A DNA stretch of 64,000 nt from Ruditapes philippinarum (taxonomy: Eukaryota): assembly GCF_026571515.1 (NCBI RefSeq), contig NW_026857312.1, positions 1 through 64,000 of the forward strand, given 5' to 3'. A program made the position numbers and the translations under genes. This document shows positions 25,883-39,660 of this stretch, piece by piece (the first letter of the stretch is position 1; every line of letters begins with the position of its first letter). The notes beneath the pieces are model-generated. The model saw nothing but the letters and a program-made list of their open reading frames with translations, had not been told where the DNA came from and made no database searches.

Positions 25883-28651
25883 TTTGGATTTTCGGACTTT
25901 ATTCCGAAACGTAATTTACCGGACAGATTAGAATAAAGTCTGGATTCGGCATCCGGTTATGATTTGTGAACTTTTTACATTTCCGTTCGCGGTATGGCCA
26001 GTTATGTGTCTATGTGCCGTTTAACCCAAACAAACAAATACATTTCTGTTTGCCAATTGAAAAATATAAAATGAAGTATAAAATGCCAGATGAAGAAAGT
26101 TATTTTTGTTAGATTGAAAAATGTAGATAAACAGTTCTTTTAAGTTAAGCATATTGAAATTAAAGTCATAATACATATGTATCCCGTGATAACATTAAAA
26201 TGAAAGGTATAGAAAAAGCATATTGTAATAGTTGGAACCGGTTGGAACATTGTATTTAATGTTATGAAACATTCTGCAAGTACAATATTTTGATCATTTT
26301 AATGAAATGCTTTACAAAAAGTTTGATACCACACGGCTTTAAATAATCACGGCTTTAAAAATAATTAATTTAAGCCGTGGTATAAATGACTGAAAATAAA
26401 CTAGGTGTTCCAAAGGACCATAAAGCATGTTCAAATATAACAGATTCTTGAAAGACCCTGATTCCATATATTATAAGTAACTTTTTGTTTGCTGTTTACT
26501 GATTGTATTGCTTAAATATAGATTATGATAGTTTATAAATTTCTTTACCATAAAGTAACATGGACGACTTGGGATAGGTTGAGCCTGTACATATTTGGCA
26601 GTTTTTGTGACGGTAGCTCAGCCTGCCCGTAATCTTTGTAAATAGTAATGAATTTTATACTGATATATGTATTATACACATAACAAATCTTATAAGCGTG
26701 CATGTATAAAAAGTCTCTTATTTGTACCAAAATTGGCCCGATCATGCTGAAAATTACAAAAGATATTGGTAGCATATGTCAGTGAAAATATCTCATTCGA
26801 AACTACCTGGTATAAAGTAGAAGTCGGATTATCTAGATTACCGTTAATGAACACGATTTTACCCTCACAATTTTATCTAAATTGTCTGGTTCAGTACCAA
26901 AACATGCGCGACGATTGTTTAAGAGTGGGCAAATCTACCTGTCACATCTGTGCAAGAACGCTACCAGTCTGTGATGGACATACACGGTGTTTTATGAACT
27001 ATCACTTACATCGTCATTTTGAAACATTACGTTTTCACGCACTTTTGCATTTATTGCGCACGTGCGTTGATTTTTTTATTGTGAAATCATCACACTATTC
27101 CTCGCTATCTTTTGAATTTTGATCGGCCAAATACTGAGCCACATATGACAAATTTTATACATGCACGTTTATTTGATTTGTTAAGTGTAGATCTAATTTA
27201 TTATAAAAAAAATCTACATAGATCTGCCTCCTTTTTCATGCAATAAGATGACACACCTGTACAGGCCGGCGTATATCTGTATCTCAGCCTTGTTTTGTAC
27301 ATGAAAAGGCTTTGAAATAGTTGTAATTATAAAACAAAATGTGAGGTCAGTTTCCTCTGAAATTTATATTGACAGAATGACTTTCACTCACTTTTTTTAC
27401 CAGGTTGTTTTCAATTTTGAAAATCCTTGTTATTAGATTTGGGTAAAGCAGGCTATTGGCGGACGGTGTCGAACGAGATAGTTTCCTCTAAATAACTAGT
27501 GCAGATTGACTTATCTTAATCAAACTGGTTAATAGCTAGCTTATGTAAAGACCTTGCTTGGCATTGGTTATGGGGAGTAAGTCAATGTCAAGGGCACTGT
27601 TACTCAAAATAGAAAATCGGTTTCCTGTCAATAACTAGTCTAAGGGTTTGGAATGAGATATTTCAATGAAATTTAGTGTATAACAAGCTTATGTGAATGT
27701 TTCGCTTCCAATGGATCGAGTTTGGGCCAAACGCACTGTAAGTTAAAATAGAAAATCAGTTTCCGGTCAATAACTAGACTTTGGAATGAGATATTTTAAT
27801 GAAACTTAAGTATAACAAGCTTATTTGAAGACTTCGCTTGGGATTACCTTTTGTCCCTTTAGGGTCAATGTCACTGTTACTAAAATAGAAAATTGTATCA
27901 GGTTGATAAGTATATATAGAGTCAGGAGTGAGATATTAAAAAGAAACAACCTTAATTGGCGTATAGCACACTTATGTGAAGACCTCACCTGAGCTTTATT
28001 CGGCCCCCACCTTTCAGGATATCATATTAATTTTCCCATCTGCTGTAATTACAAACAAAATAGTTGCTTTATTCTTTTGTGTCTTTATTATTTATCATTT
28101 ACATTGAACATAGTAACATTGTACTTTCCGTGTATTTGCATTCCGTTCAGAATAAACCTTCTACAATAGTGATAATTGAAAATCTGTTTTTCTGATTACG
28201 AGATTTTAATAGATGTGATAGAAATGAAAAGCTGAATCATGTCTGAAAATATAAACGTTTAATTTCCTAATTTAAGACAAATATTTACATATAATGCATG
28301 CATCTGGTTTAAATTTATTTATAGCATCCGAGGAAAAAAATACATTCAACCCCGATATCTCCAGTTGATACAGAATACAGGATAGACTCAATCATCACAA
28401 CTTGAGACATATATAACATAAATACATTGTACACAGCTTCAAACCATTTATACTTATGTGCATGAATATCGGCGTATCCCAAACGTACTTAATCTGACAA
28501 TATAGGTCATTATGATAACTCTCTAAGGCCACAAATATATACATGTACATGTAAAACTAGGTGCAAATGTCTCTACAGTGACGTTTCCACAGATAAAATC
28601 CCCTAAAATAATTTCAGAGATCATTAACGAAATTGGTTTGCCTCAAGAGAA

Positions 28652-29392
28652 ATGCTTGCCAAGTTATTCCAGATTTTAGCTTTTATATTTCTAGAAAGTT
28701 TGAGTCTTTCTGAGGGCGTAAACATCGTTAATGAAGAACATATCACGGAGCTTATAGAGAAAATAGTTGCTGATAAAACATTGGAATTGAAAATTCAAGT
28801 TCAAAAGCTAGAAAACGTCGTTGAAAACCAACAGTCGCGAATAAACAATCTAGAAAAGGAGGGAAGACGTAATGAAAGAATTATAAGCTATGTACAGAAA
28901 TTGTGGGCTGACATGTATCACGAGCTGAAATCAAATAGCTGGACAACTCCTGATGAAGATTTACCGGATACTGTTAAAGATAACTTTGATGTATCTGCTA
29001 ACAATACTGAGGACAGTTTAATTGGCAAAGACAGAAACGCTTCAATTGATTTAGAACAAAAGCTGGCTACAAGTAGACCAAATTCTAATCGGAGAGACAA
29101 AAGAGTAATGAAATACAGACAGAGGCGTGTTCCGGAGGTTGTCGCATTCACAGCGTATCTGAGTCATAACATTGACCATATGGGACTTGGCCATCATATC
29201 GTATACGATCGAGTTATTACAAATGAAGGGGCAGGATACAATGTTCACACGGGCATATTTACTGCGCCTTTGACCGGACTATACTTATTTACGTACTCAG
29301 CGAATTCCCATTATGTACGAAGCATGTTGGAGCTGGTGGTTGACGGCAATAACATCGTTGATATCATTATTGACCCAGTCTCTAATATAGAG
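28652..29392 (+). CDS. C1qDC copy 1, coding exon 1 (signal peptide, coiled coil, RQRR, N-terminal gC1q)
   Basis: gC1q motifs VAFTA, IVYDRVITNEGAGYN..TGIFTAPLTGLYLF; donor GAG|gtatgt, phase 0. Confidence 0.93.
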
Positions 29393-30214
29393 GTATGTTT
29401 CACGAAATAAAAAAGAGCCCAAAGGCAAATTAAGATATAAAGTAATTTCATTCGCCTTAATTGATAAAACAATATGCATGCAATCAGATTTTAAGTACCC
29501 AAGATATAGCTAGAACTTGTTACTGGTAGGTAACTGGTAGATCGTGGTCAAGATGCGACTCCATGCTTGTCAAAAATGAATTAATCTATAACATGAAAAC
29601 ATATTTATTACTGAATAAAATCTGTGAGAGTTAATGTAATATGCCGACAGTCTAATAAATAGGCTAATTATGTAAAAGCATATACTTATTTCTTTAGCTA
29701 AAAAAGGGTATGTTAATATTAAAGACCGTTTGTTTGTAGACAGGCCACCGGTAATAACCAAACAGGCTAGAATATGTGCGCACTTGATTTCGTACGATGT
29801 TCGTACCTTTACCAGCGACGATTTGTCATGCTATTATTCTTTACCATTTTGGTCGTTCGTTGGTGGTTGTAGGAGACGACCACAACTGCGGCCAGAGCAT
29901 TTCTTTCTAACAAAGTGACACTCTGTGTGGCCACATCCTACCGTGTTAGTCACGACTGGTCATCAAATCATCCCTGGCACTTAGGATGATTTGATCTGCC
30001 GCGTGCTTTCTCCGCGAGCTGAACATCTCCGAAAGAATTCTGTTACGCTTGGTTGTATTATATCGTCACGGGTCTCAAAATATCGGGTCTAATGCATGAC
30101 AATTGAATTACAAAATTAAAACATCTGGACCTTAAATGGTTGAAATATAGATTTGTTCGCATTTTTAGGGTAGATATGCATTATCTAAATCAAGACTTTA
30201 CTGTAGTAAATAGC

Positions 30215-30215
<1 letters not shown>

Positions 30216-30281
<66 letters not shown>

Positions 30282-30298
30282 CGTGTGTGTGTGCGTGT
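30216..30298. repeat. (GT)n microsatellite in the copy 1 intron
   Basis: Directly visible. Confidence 0.95.
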
Positions 30299-30339
30299 TT
30301 TTATAAGCGAAAAATATTGTTGTTATTTTGTATTTGTAG

Positions 30340-30480
30340 ACGATGAGCTCTAACACGGCGATAATTCGCGTAACAAAAGGACAGTCTGTATGGGTTCAAG
30401 AATACAACATACATGAGGGTTCCATTTTTTCAGATAATGTCTGGAGATATTGCACATTTTCTGGAGTGTTTTTATACTGA
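30340..30480 (+). CDS. C1qDC copy 1, coding exon 2 (TMSSNTAIIRVTKGQSVWV...YCTFSGVFLY*); full protein 293 aa
   Basis: ttgtag acceptor, 141 nt including stop, canonical gC1q C-terminal GxxVWV and TFSG motifs. Confidence 0.93.
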   Translation, partial: TMSSNTAIIRVTKGQSVWVQEYNIHEGSIFSDNVWRYCTFSGVFLY

Positions 30481-30894
30481 TTTTAGAAGACTTTATTAAA
30501 ATATCCATACAACAATATACTTGTACTTCAATTATTTTGTCCCTTTTGTAAGTTTCTTTGCGACAAAACATTAAAATATACATGCACGCTTTTAAAGCTT
30601 GGTTCTTACAGAATGAGCATTTTTTTTATCTAACATTGAATTATCATCTCTGTTTAAGATTTATACGAAGTTACGCAACACAAAAGTAATACACAAATTC
30701 ATACACGTAATAGTTATAGTATATAAAACAAGTTAGTTATGAGGATATAACACTGGCTGGGACGATATCGAAGGATGTTTCTGCAAAACAAATGTCAAGG
30801 CCGTTAGGCCGAAACATCCTGAGACGTCAGCCAGTGTTATACCCACGTTAACTAAAGAGTTTCATATATTATAACTGTTGAATCGCAATTCATA

Positions 30895-31670
30895 TTTTTA
30901 CCCCCCCCCCGAAGGGTGGCATATTAAAATCGCAGGATCCGTCCGTCTGTCTGTCTGTCTGTCTGTACGTCCCCACTTGATTCGTGTGCGGACTGTAACT
31001 TTGTTATACATTGAAGGATTTTGAAATAGCGTTGCACAAATGTCTATCACATCAAAAACACCAAAACGATGTGTCGCGTCCAAGAACCACCTCCCTACCT
31101 CAAAGGTGTAGGTCACACAAACATTTTGAAGTTTCACATTATCACAATAAGAGTTAATAGGTACACACATTCGTGTCCGGACTGTAGCTTTGGATACATC
31201 AAATGAGTTTATAATAACTTGGCATTTATGTCTACCACATCAAGACGATGTCTCGCATCCAAGAATCATGTCCCTACCTCGATGGTCAAGGTCACACTAA
31301 CATTTTGAAGTTTCATTATATCACAATTAGAGTTAATAGGTACACGTCTGTGTCCAGACTGAAACTTTGTCATGCATCGAAGGATTATAATATAACTTGG
31401 CATTTATGTCTACCACATCAAAAATATGTGTCGCGTTCAAGAATCATGCCCTACCTTAAAAGTCAAGGTCACACTGACATTTTGAAGTTTCATTATATCA
31501 CAAACAGAGTTTATAGAAACACATACTCGTGTCCGGACTGCCAAGGCTCATGTCCGTCTGACTGTCCGTGCATCCCCACTTACACAACAATCGTGTCCAG
31601 ACTTCAATTTTGTCATGCACTGAGGGGATTTGAAATATGCGCTTCGGGCCATATACCTTCTGAGGTCTGA
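30895..31670 (+). mobile_element. Helentron-like element with ~178-bp repeats
   Basis: 5' hairpin cccccgaagggtggcata, (GTCT)n microsatellite, repeated acattttgaagtttca at about 31121, 31300 and 31477. Confidence 0.65.
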
Positions 31671-31732
31671 CCAATTAGTCCGTAAACTTGCATATTGCCC
31701 TCAAGGTCATGTTTTATTTGTTAAATATTTAT

Positions 31733-31805
31733 AGTTACTAGTATGCCATTCATGAGGGTTCAATATTTCAAAATATATCGGAAAATATTGTACAATTTCT
31801 TTTTC
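31733..31805 (+). pseudogene. Relic of a copy-1-type C1qDC exon 2
   Basis: tatgccattcatgagggttcaatattt...ggaaaatattgtacaattt matches exon 2 (YxIHEGSIF...YC). Confidence 0.6.
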
Positions 31806-32403
31806 GGATCTTGTAAACAAATTATTTATTAAGATATTTGCTATTTCCTTTAAAGTATTTCTCGAACTATCATAAAAAGTGATATAGAGGAAAAGTCATG
31901 CAAAAATGGGTCTAAGAGATATGGGGTCTAAAAGTCATCATAACTCGTATACTATGTTTAATATACTAACTAAGTCTTCGAGAAGTCATTTTCAGTTTCA
32001 GTTTTTATTTAATCAAGGCATGTAATATGCAACTGGTTATAACAAACAAATGAATAAAAAATAACAGTCAAAACTCAACTAATATCACAAAAAGAAAACA
32101 ATTATAATTAGCTAAATAAACAAAAAAAAAGGAAATCATGCAGTCAAGGGGTCTATGTGTCTTATTTGCGTGCATTATCCCATTGAATGCAAATAAATCC
32201 CTACTTTTTTGTATTTGTTTAAATCATGACTTGAACATACCGATTCATTTAATAATAATAACAAGTACAGAAACACAAATATGATTCAACAGTTCATTTG
32301 TTCTTATCTTAGACAACGTCAGGTTTCACACGAAGAGATTGTCGGCATTGTGACGCATCAGATTTGTTTTTACACTCACTGCAGGAGATATAACTGGTCA
32401 ACA

Positions 32404-33129
32404 ATGTTAGTCAAAAATCTTAATATCATCGTGTTTCTTTTTGTTGAGACTTTTATTTTGTCTGCAAGTGTTGAGATAGAAAATGAGGTACAGATTACTA
32501 AGCTTGTTGAGCAGATGATAGCAGAAAGGACTTCGGAACTGGCCACCAAAGTTCAGAGTCTAGAAAGAATCGTTACAAATCAGCAGTCACGAATTGAGCG
32601 TCTAGAAAAAAAGGGACAGCGGAGAGGGAGGACAATAATATACATGATAAAATCATTAACAGACTTAAGACAAGAAATGATGTCAAAGAAATTAAAATTT
32701 GTGAAAGAAGACGCCAACACTGACAATGATAATACGGACAGTCACTTCGGAGTGGAAAACGTTACTAGGACCAATGTATCTGTCGACGCAAGAAAAATGT
32801 CGTCAGCTATTCAACCGGGTAAACATAAGGATAATGAAATAATTGGTAAATCAAGACGAAGGCGTGCAATAGAAGTCGTGGCCTTCTCAGTTTACCTTAG
32901 TCACGATATTAATCATATGGGTATTGGACACCATATTGTTTTTGACAAAGCCATTACGAACGATGGAGCTGGATATAACGTTTATACAGGAATATTTACA
33001 GCTCCTGTGTCCGGACTCTACCTATTTACGTTCAGCATGAATGACCGCGACCATACTAGTAATCTACAATTGGTTATGAATGGGTCAAACTTGGTTGACA
33101 TTGTAGACAGTCCTGTTAATAATGAAGAG
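32404..33129 (+). CDS. C1qDC copy 2, coding exon 1 (242 aa, intact frame)
   Basis: MLVKNLNIIVFLFVETFILSA signal peptide, coiled coil, SRRRR, gC1q motifs; donor GAG|gtaagt. Confidence 0.85.
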
Positions 33130-33408
33130 GTAAGTTAGTGTAAATAAATCAAGCTTATTCAAATGCTATTCCAATAGAGGCGCAAGTACTCCCCTGCGCA
33201 TCGGTTGAAAGTTCCACTGCCGTTCACTTAGTTAACGTTTGAAGTAACGGTACTATTTCAATTAGCTGTAAAGAGAACCTTACACACATGGACCTTTCGA
33301 AAACAATAAAATCGAATCTTTCATTTTGTTCTTTAATCTGTGTTTCTATAAAACTACACATATGCGTCTAAAAGAAATACAAAAAAGGGGTCTAAGAGAC
33401 ATGGGGCG

Positions 33409-33945
33409 CGAATTGAACGTCTAGAAAAGCAGGAAAAGCGGAAAGAAAAGGACAATTATGGAGATGATAAAATCATTAACAGACTTAAGACAAGAAATAA
33501 AGTCAAAGAATATAGTATCTGTGAAGGAAGAAGCCATCACTGTCAACTATAATACGGACAGACACTTCGAAGTGGAAAACGTGACTGGGCTCAATGTTGA
33601 CACGAGAAAAAAGGCTTCAGCTATTCGACCTGGTAAACAAAAGGATAATGAAATAATTGGTAAACCAAGGCGGAGGCGTCAGGTGGAAATTGTGGCCTTC
33701 TCAGTTTACCTTAGTCACGATATTAATCATATATGGGGAGTGGACACCATATTGTTTTTGACAAGGCCATTACGAACGACGGAGCTGGATATAACACCTA
33801 TACAGGAATATTTACAGCTCCAGTGACCGGACTCTACCTATTTACTTTCAGCGTGGTTGACGGCGGCCATATAAGTGTTCTACAATTAGTTAAGGATGGG
33901 TCTAATTTGGTTGACATGGTAGTGAGTCCTGTCAATGATGAAGAG
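33409..33945 (+). pseudogene. C1qDC copy 3, 5'-truncated and frameshifted exon 1
   Basis: Begins mid coiled-coil (cgaattgaacgtctagaa); frameshifts near 33445 and 33731 (split ORFs 33458 and 33733); donor retained. Confidence 0.85.
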
Positions 33946-34420
33946 GTAAATGCATGTTAAGTGTTAATAAATCAAGCTTATTCAAATGCTTTGGCACAAT
34001 AAAAGACTCAATAGAGGCGCAAGTACTCCCCTGCACATCGGTTGAAAGTTCCACTGCCGTTCACTTAGTTAACGTTTGAAGTAACACTGGTATTTCAATT
34101 ACATGTAGCTGTAAAGAGAACGTAAACACACGGACCTTTCAAAAACAATAAAATTGAATCTTTTATCTGTGTCTCACACGTGTCAAATGTGTTTCTACAA
34201 ATTTGCAACGAAAACAAGTATATTATAACCAATAAATGTGCTTTCCGACAAACAACTTTTTGTCCCGTCCCAGACAATAATTATAAAAGATGATAAAATA
34301 TATAAAAAAAAAATGCATTCATTTATAGAGTTTTGCAGAATATTAATTTGTAAAAAATAGCAAAGTTTAGTAATCAATATGATTATAATGTTGTATATAG
34401 CAATGGTCATTATATTGTAG

Positions 34421-34561
34421 TCTATGAGCAGCAACACGGTGATAGTTCATGTAAACAGAGGACAGTCAGTGTGGATTCAGGAGTATACACATAACGATGG
34501 GTCAATACGTTCGCGTGAACATTGGCGTTACTGTACATTTTCTGGATTTCTTGTGTATTAA
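34421..34561 (+). CDS. Intact C1qDC exon 2 (SMSSNTVIVHVNRGQSVWIQEYTHNDGSIRSREHWRYCTFSGFLVY*), the only one available to copy 2
   Basis: ttgtag acceptor, open 141 nt, AATAAA just downstream. Confidence 0.85.
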   Translation, partial: SMSSNTVIVHVNRGQSVWIQEYTHNDGSIRSREHWRYCTFSGFLVY

Positions 34562-34759
34562 ATAAGCTCAGGAAATAAATCAGTAGTTAGAAATCATATT
34601 CAGAAGTCCAAATACTTTTTAATACTTACTTAACTGTTGACAAGTTGTCATATACATATATATTTGTATCGAAAATATAATAAAATTACAATTTTACACA
34701 AAGGAAGTGGGTTTTTGCTCTAGAAATAACTCGCGAATGTTCCATAAATAATAACACAT

Positions 34760-37015
34760 GATTCTGTATTTTTGTAAAATAATCTAATCCAAGACTTTAT
34801 TGAGGGACCAAAATTAAAAAAACTCTATAACCTTGTGCTTAAAATTCCATGACACAGTATCAAATGCAGCTGCAAAAGCAATTAAAAGCAATAACCCTGG
34901 AATGTTATGCTTTTCAGAGTGAAATAATAAATCATAAAGCATTCTTATGTTGAAAACCATTAGCCTGCCTGGCAAAAACCCAGTTTGATCTTCATTTATA
35001 ATATCTTTTAATTTATTTTTCAGTCTAAAAGCTATTGATAATGCAATCTTGTACGAGACATTTAGTAAAAAGATACGTCTCCATTTTTTTCAAAATTTTA
35101 TACAATTTACCTTTGTTTCCTTTAGGAATACAAGTTATAACTCCTTGTCTTTGAGTAATTGAGTAACTGAAAGTTTTCCTATATAATATGCATAATTAAC
35201 TGATCTAACAAGTAAAAGTCCAATATCACTCCAGTAAAAATTATAAAATTCAACAGTAAAACCATCATTTCCTGGGTTTGTATTGTTTGACATTCGTTTT
35301 AAAGAATCTAACATTTCATTATAATGTTAATTCTCCCTCAGTTGATAGCTTACTATTTTCTGACAATTTAGGTATGTTAGACCCTCCAAGAAGTTTTACT
35401 AAGGATATGTTATCTATTTCCCTTTCTTTGTATAAATTCTACTTCACTTCAACCAAAATTTCTTCTTGAGTTCTTAAAATCTGACCATTTTCTGAGATTA
35501 GTGAATTCATTAATTTTGAAACATAGTTTCTGTTTTCAAGATTGCAAAAATACTTTGTGGGTTTCTCTCCTTCAAGTATCCATTTAGCTTTGGATCTTAT
35601 AAAATTACCTTCCATTTTTTTTTCTCAAATTTAAAAGCTCTGATTTTTTGGCGTCCAGCAATTCATAATTAATAATTTGTTCTTTTTTCAATGTTCTCTA
35701 TTTCTTGAGTGAGACTCTTTTCTTTATCTACCTCTAGTTTTTTCTTATGTGAGGAATAGCTTATAGTCATTATTAATAATGTCTCAAAAATAATTGGTCA
35801 TTAATATCAAATCAGAGGAATATCATTAATATTATTATTTTCTGGTATATTTGTTGCATATTGGGTTTTTGTATCAAAAATAACCGTTTTTACTTTATTT
35901 ACATAAATATCATCTCGAAGAAGGGAATTGTTAAATTTCCAATATGAATTACCTTTTTGAAATTTTCCGAACTCTAATGACGTAAAAATTAAAGAATGAT
36001 CTGTACGATATCCAGGTAAAATCTTAGTATTGTCAAGATCAGTATAGAGATAGTCTGAAATTTAAAAAAAATCAAGACCCGCCTCAGCACCTCTAATTTG
36101 AGCAATCTTTGTACAAATTTACAAATTATTACTATATTGCCATCTTTCTGGTAGTTTCCAATTCTATGAGCTATGTCTAAATCTGGTCTGTTAATTTTGA
36201 TCATCAGTTTATCGTCCATAATTTTCATCACCTTCTTACATGTTTGTTCTTCTGTTTCCTCTAGATTGTCTGGAACACCGTACAAGCGGGGACTGTTTCG
36301 ACGAGTATACTGCTCAATATTATTATTTCTAATCTCACCTGATTTTATTCTTATATCTTGTGCCTCCACTTTTTCTTCCAATTCTACTTTATCACTCCTC
36401 AATCTATTATTCTCAGATTCAATAACATCCAATTTCCTCTCCAAATCTGAGATTTGGTTCCTCATTTCTTCAACATTGGATTCCACCGTTGAAATTCGTG
36501 TTACTTATATCGTCACTTCCTCTCTAACACTGTTGATCTCTTTCTGAACATCTGCTCTTATTGAGTGTTTTAAATCATCAAGTTTCTTAGTGAGTATTGA
36601 TTTTGTTATCATTTCTTTTATTTTTGTTTCAATGAATTCCTGTGAGGCAAGTTTGTCCAACCTGTCCTGCATGTTCTTTAGTAAGTCGCTCATATCATCA
36701 GAGGTAGTATATGATTTTAAATGTTCATTCAGAGTAGGTTGTGTTAAAACATCACTATGTTTATCATTTTGTTTGCCTGTTTTCTGTGTGTGTCTTAAGC
36801 AGTGCTACTGGGCTAGCTGGAAGAGATGTATCAGCCTCTGAATTCTCGTCTAATTGTTTCACTCGACCTTGCCCTCGCACCAGTTGCAGTATCCTTATCT
36901 TTTGCCATTTTGCAATATTATTGCAATGTTTATCTGTTAATACACACCGTTATATGTAGAGAAATAAGCACACACTGTAACTGTCGACAAAAAACGCTCA
37001 GCTAAGCTACGTGTT
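34760..37015 (-). mobile_element. Decayed L1/Tx1-clade non-LTR retrotransposon with internal deletion
   Basis: ORF1-like coiled coil with EQYTRRNS.RLYGVPD and DIAHRIG (35989-36693). ORF2 fragments ILPGYRTDHSL, YWKFNNSLL, RSKAKWILEGEKPTKYFCNLE, PGNDGFTVEFY and AFDTVSW, with stops and frameshifts. Confidence 0.88.
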
Positions 37016-37249
37016 ACACGTGAAAATCGTGCGATTTCTCATAAACTATTGTTTACCTTTCTTATTCAATTAATCATCTTTTTCCATATTAAAAGCCTAA
37101 ACCGTTCACAGATTCATAATCTGCATTAATTTCCATTCAGATACATATTTTTCAAAACGTTTAAATATCCAATATTACACTTTTAAACCAAGTTTTGCCT
37201 GCTGTTTACGAAAAACACGTTTACTTCGTATAGCAACCTTGACCTTTTT

Positions 37250-37695
37250 TCCTCCATGGTAATAATTACACTTTCCATTATAGTGATTACAATTTCCATG
37301 GTAATGGTTTTACTTGCCATGATAGTGATAACAATTCCCAAGGCAATGATTACACTTGCCATAATAGTGATTATAATTCCCATGGTAATGATTACACTTG
37401 CCATGATAGTGATTACAATTTCCATGGTAATGATTACACTTGCCATGATAGTGATTACAAATTCCAAGACAATGATTACACTTGCCATGGTAGTGATTAT
37501 AATTTCCATGGTAATGATTACACTTGCAATGATAGTGATTATAATTTCCATGGTAATGATTACACTTGCCATTATAGCGATTACAATTTCCAAGGCAATG
37601 ATTACACTTCCATTAAAGTGATTATAATTTCCATGGTAATGATTACACTTGCCATGATAGTGATTATAATTTCCATGGTAGTGGTTACTTTCCAT
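37250..37695. repeat. 42-bp (2x21) minisatellite, about 10 copies (ccatggtaatgattacacttgccatgatagtgattacaattt)
   Basis: Directly visible; produces low-complexity ORFs on both strands. Confidence 0.9.
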
Positions 37696-39660
37696 AAAAT
37701 ATAAAACAATATGAAAATTATACAAATTTATTTAGTTGTTCTTATAACTAGTTCCATTGCTGTTATAGTGTTATGATAATAAATAATAATAAATAATTAC
37801 TATGTGAAGTCAAGTATTGTTTTCTGAATTTATTAAACTTCGATCAGATAATTCACATTCTTGACAATTGTTAGACAATGTATTATTGATTATGCTTTTA
37901 TCAAATAAAATAAACTATAAAGAATATGTATTTTTATCATTTACTGATATAAGAATGTTCACTTGGGACTAAGTTAATTACTTTGTTAAACATCAAAGTT
38001 AAAAGTTAACTGCGAAATTGTCTTGGAATTGTCATGAAGATTTCAGTAACTAAATGCTTATTGTCACCAACAACATCATGCTATGTTCTCCAATACGAAA
38101 TTCATAGATATGATTTTCATTTCCTCGAAACTGATATTTGAGCCATTTAGTATGTTATTTAAGATACGGGTAAAAAAAAGGTCAATGACACGTATAAGGA
38201 CGTTGTGGTCCGAAGCCACGCTCTGTTGCATCATTGTTTGCGAATCCTTTTATGAGTTTTCGAAGTATTTATCCTATATACGCACCGGACCTCTACGATG
38301 ATCACAGATAATGCCTGTTTATATGGCAATGAAATAGGAATTACTGTATGTCTGTTTTTTAATTTGCATTTTCATCTTATACTATGTGTTTAAGGATTAA
38401 CTCTTCTTTTGGTATTCAAAAGTGCCCCTTTATGTTAATTTTGATACGTTTATAAATAAACAAAACCTCTTTAAGCTTTAATAAAATCAAATTGAGTTTA
38501 TAACAAATTATAATCATGGTTTTATGTGTTTCAAATAAACTTTTTAAAATCAATCTATATTTAGATTTTCGCAAAATGTAGTGTATGTCTTATCACCGGG
38601 CATATCCAGTAACGCAGGAATGTGCAAATACCGTAAAAGTAACTGAATCTGTGCAACGCTTTTGCCATACGATAACACAGTAAGTAAACAAACCAAAATA
38701 TTTTATTCTAAATCAAATAAAAGGAAACGATTAAGCACATACACGTGCTTTCCACTTGAATGATTTTTGGCTAAGTTTTGGTCCTTGTTTGAATGAAAAG
38801 GGTATTAATAAAGTTTGTCCGGAGTATTCCTCTTATACCACTAGTTAATGCAATTTCTATGGCACTTTACATGATTGATTAGTAGATCAAGTATGTGTTT
38901 ATTATACACTATATTAATATGTTTGTCTATATATTATCTTATTTTTATATACAGTATAGAAATAATGCATGCTAAAATAACCCAAGAAAGCGACTACGAA
39001 AATAAGATTTGTAAACATGGTTCATATTTAAAAGTTAATAACAACAAAAATACGATTTTAATACATTATATCTATTTCGTAGACCCCATCTTATTTTTCG
39101 CTTTACGTATTTTCGTGCGTATATATTTTCGGCTTAAACTGCACTTTTTTTAGATATTTCTTTTTTATTCTGAAATTTTGATTTGCTGTAAAATCATTCA
39201 AAGAATGCATAAATATATTATTAACATAATTATTTAAAACAGATAAATGCACTATTTCAAACATAAATAGCTTACACGTGTGGTTTAAACACCTATAAAA
39301 GGGTATTAGGGTTTAAAAAATTACCAAAATCCACCTAGCCTACAGTGTCAAGAAATACTCCCCGACTGACCGAGGCATAATTAAATGATTGTATACTAAA
39401 TTTAAGATTTTCAATTCAACCCCTATTTATCATTTTCAAAATGTAAGTTTACACTTATCCGTGTTTGTACTGTATTTATTTTTTGTTATAAATTATGACT
39501 TGAACACACTGATACATTTAATATAATAATAACAAGTACAGAAAGAAAAATTATGATTCAACACGATATGTTCTTATCTCAGATAACGTTAGGTTTCACA
39601 CGAACAGATTGTCGACATTGTGACGAGTCAGTTTTCTTTTACATTCACTGTATGAGATAC

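Noticed and set aside
32281-32403. 41-aa N-terminal extension of the copy 2 ORF (likewise 50252-50455 for copy 6)
   Set aside because: The signal peptide starts at MLVK; the upstream part looks intronic and its frame is not conserved between paralogs.
37183-37725. 180-aa and 121-aa hydrophobic/His-Asn repeat ORFs
   Set aside because: 21/42-bp minisatellite; low complexity and no supporting gene structure.
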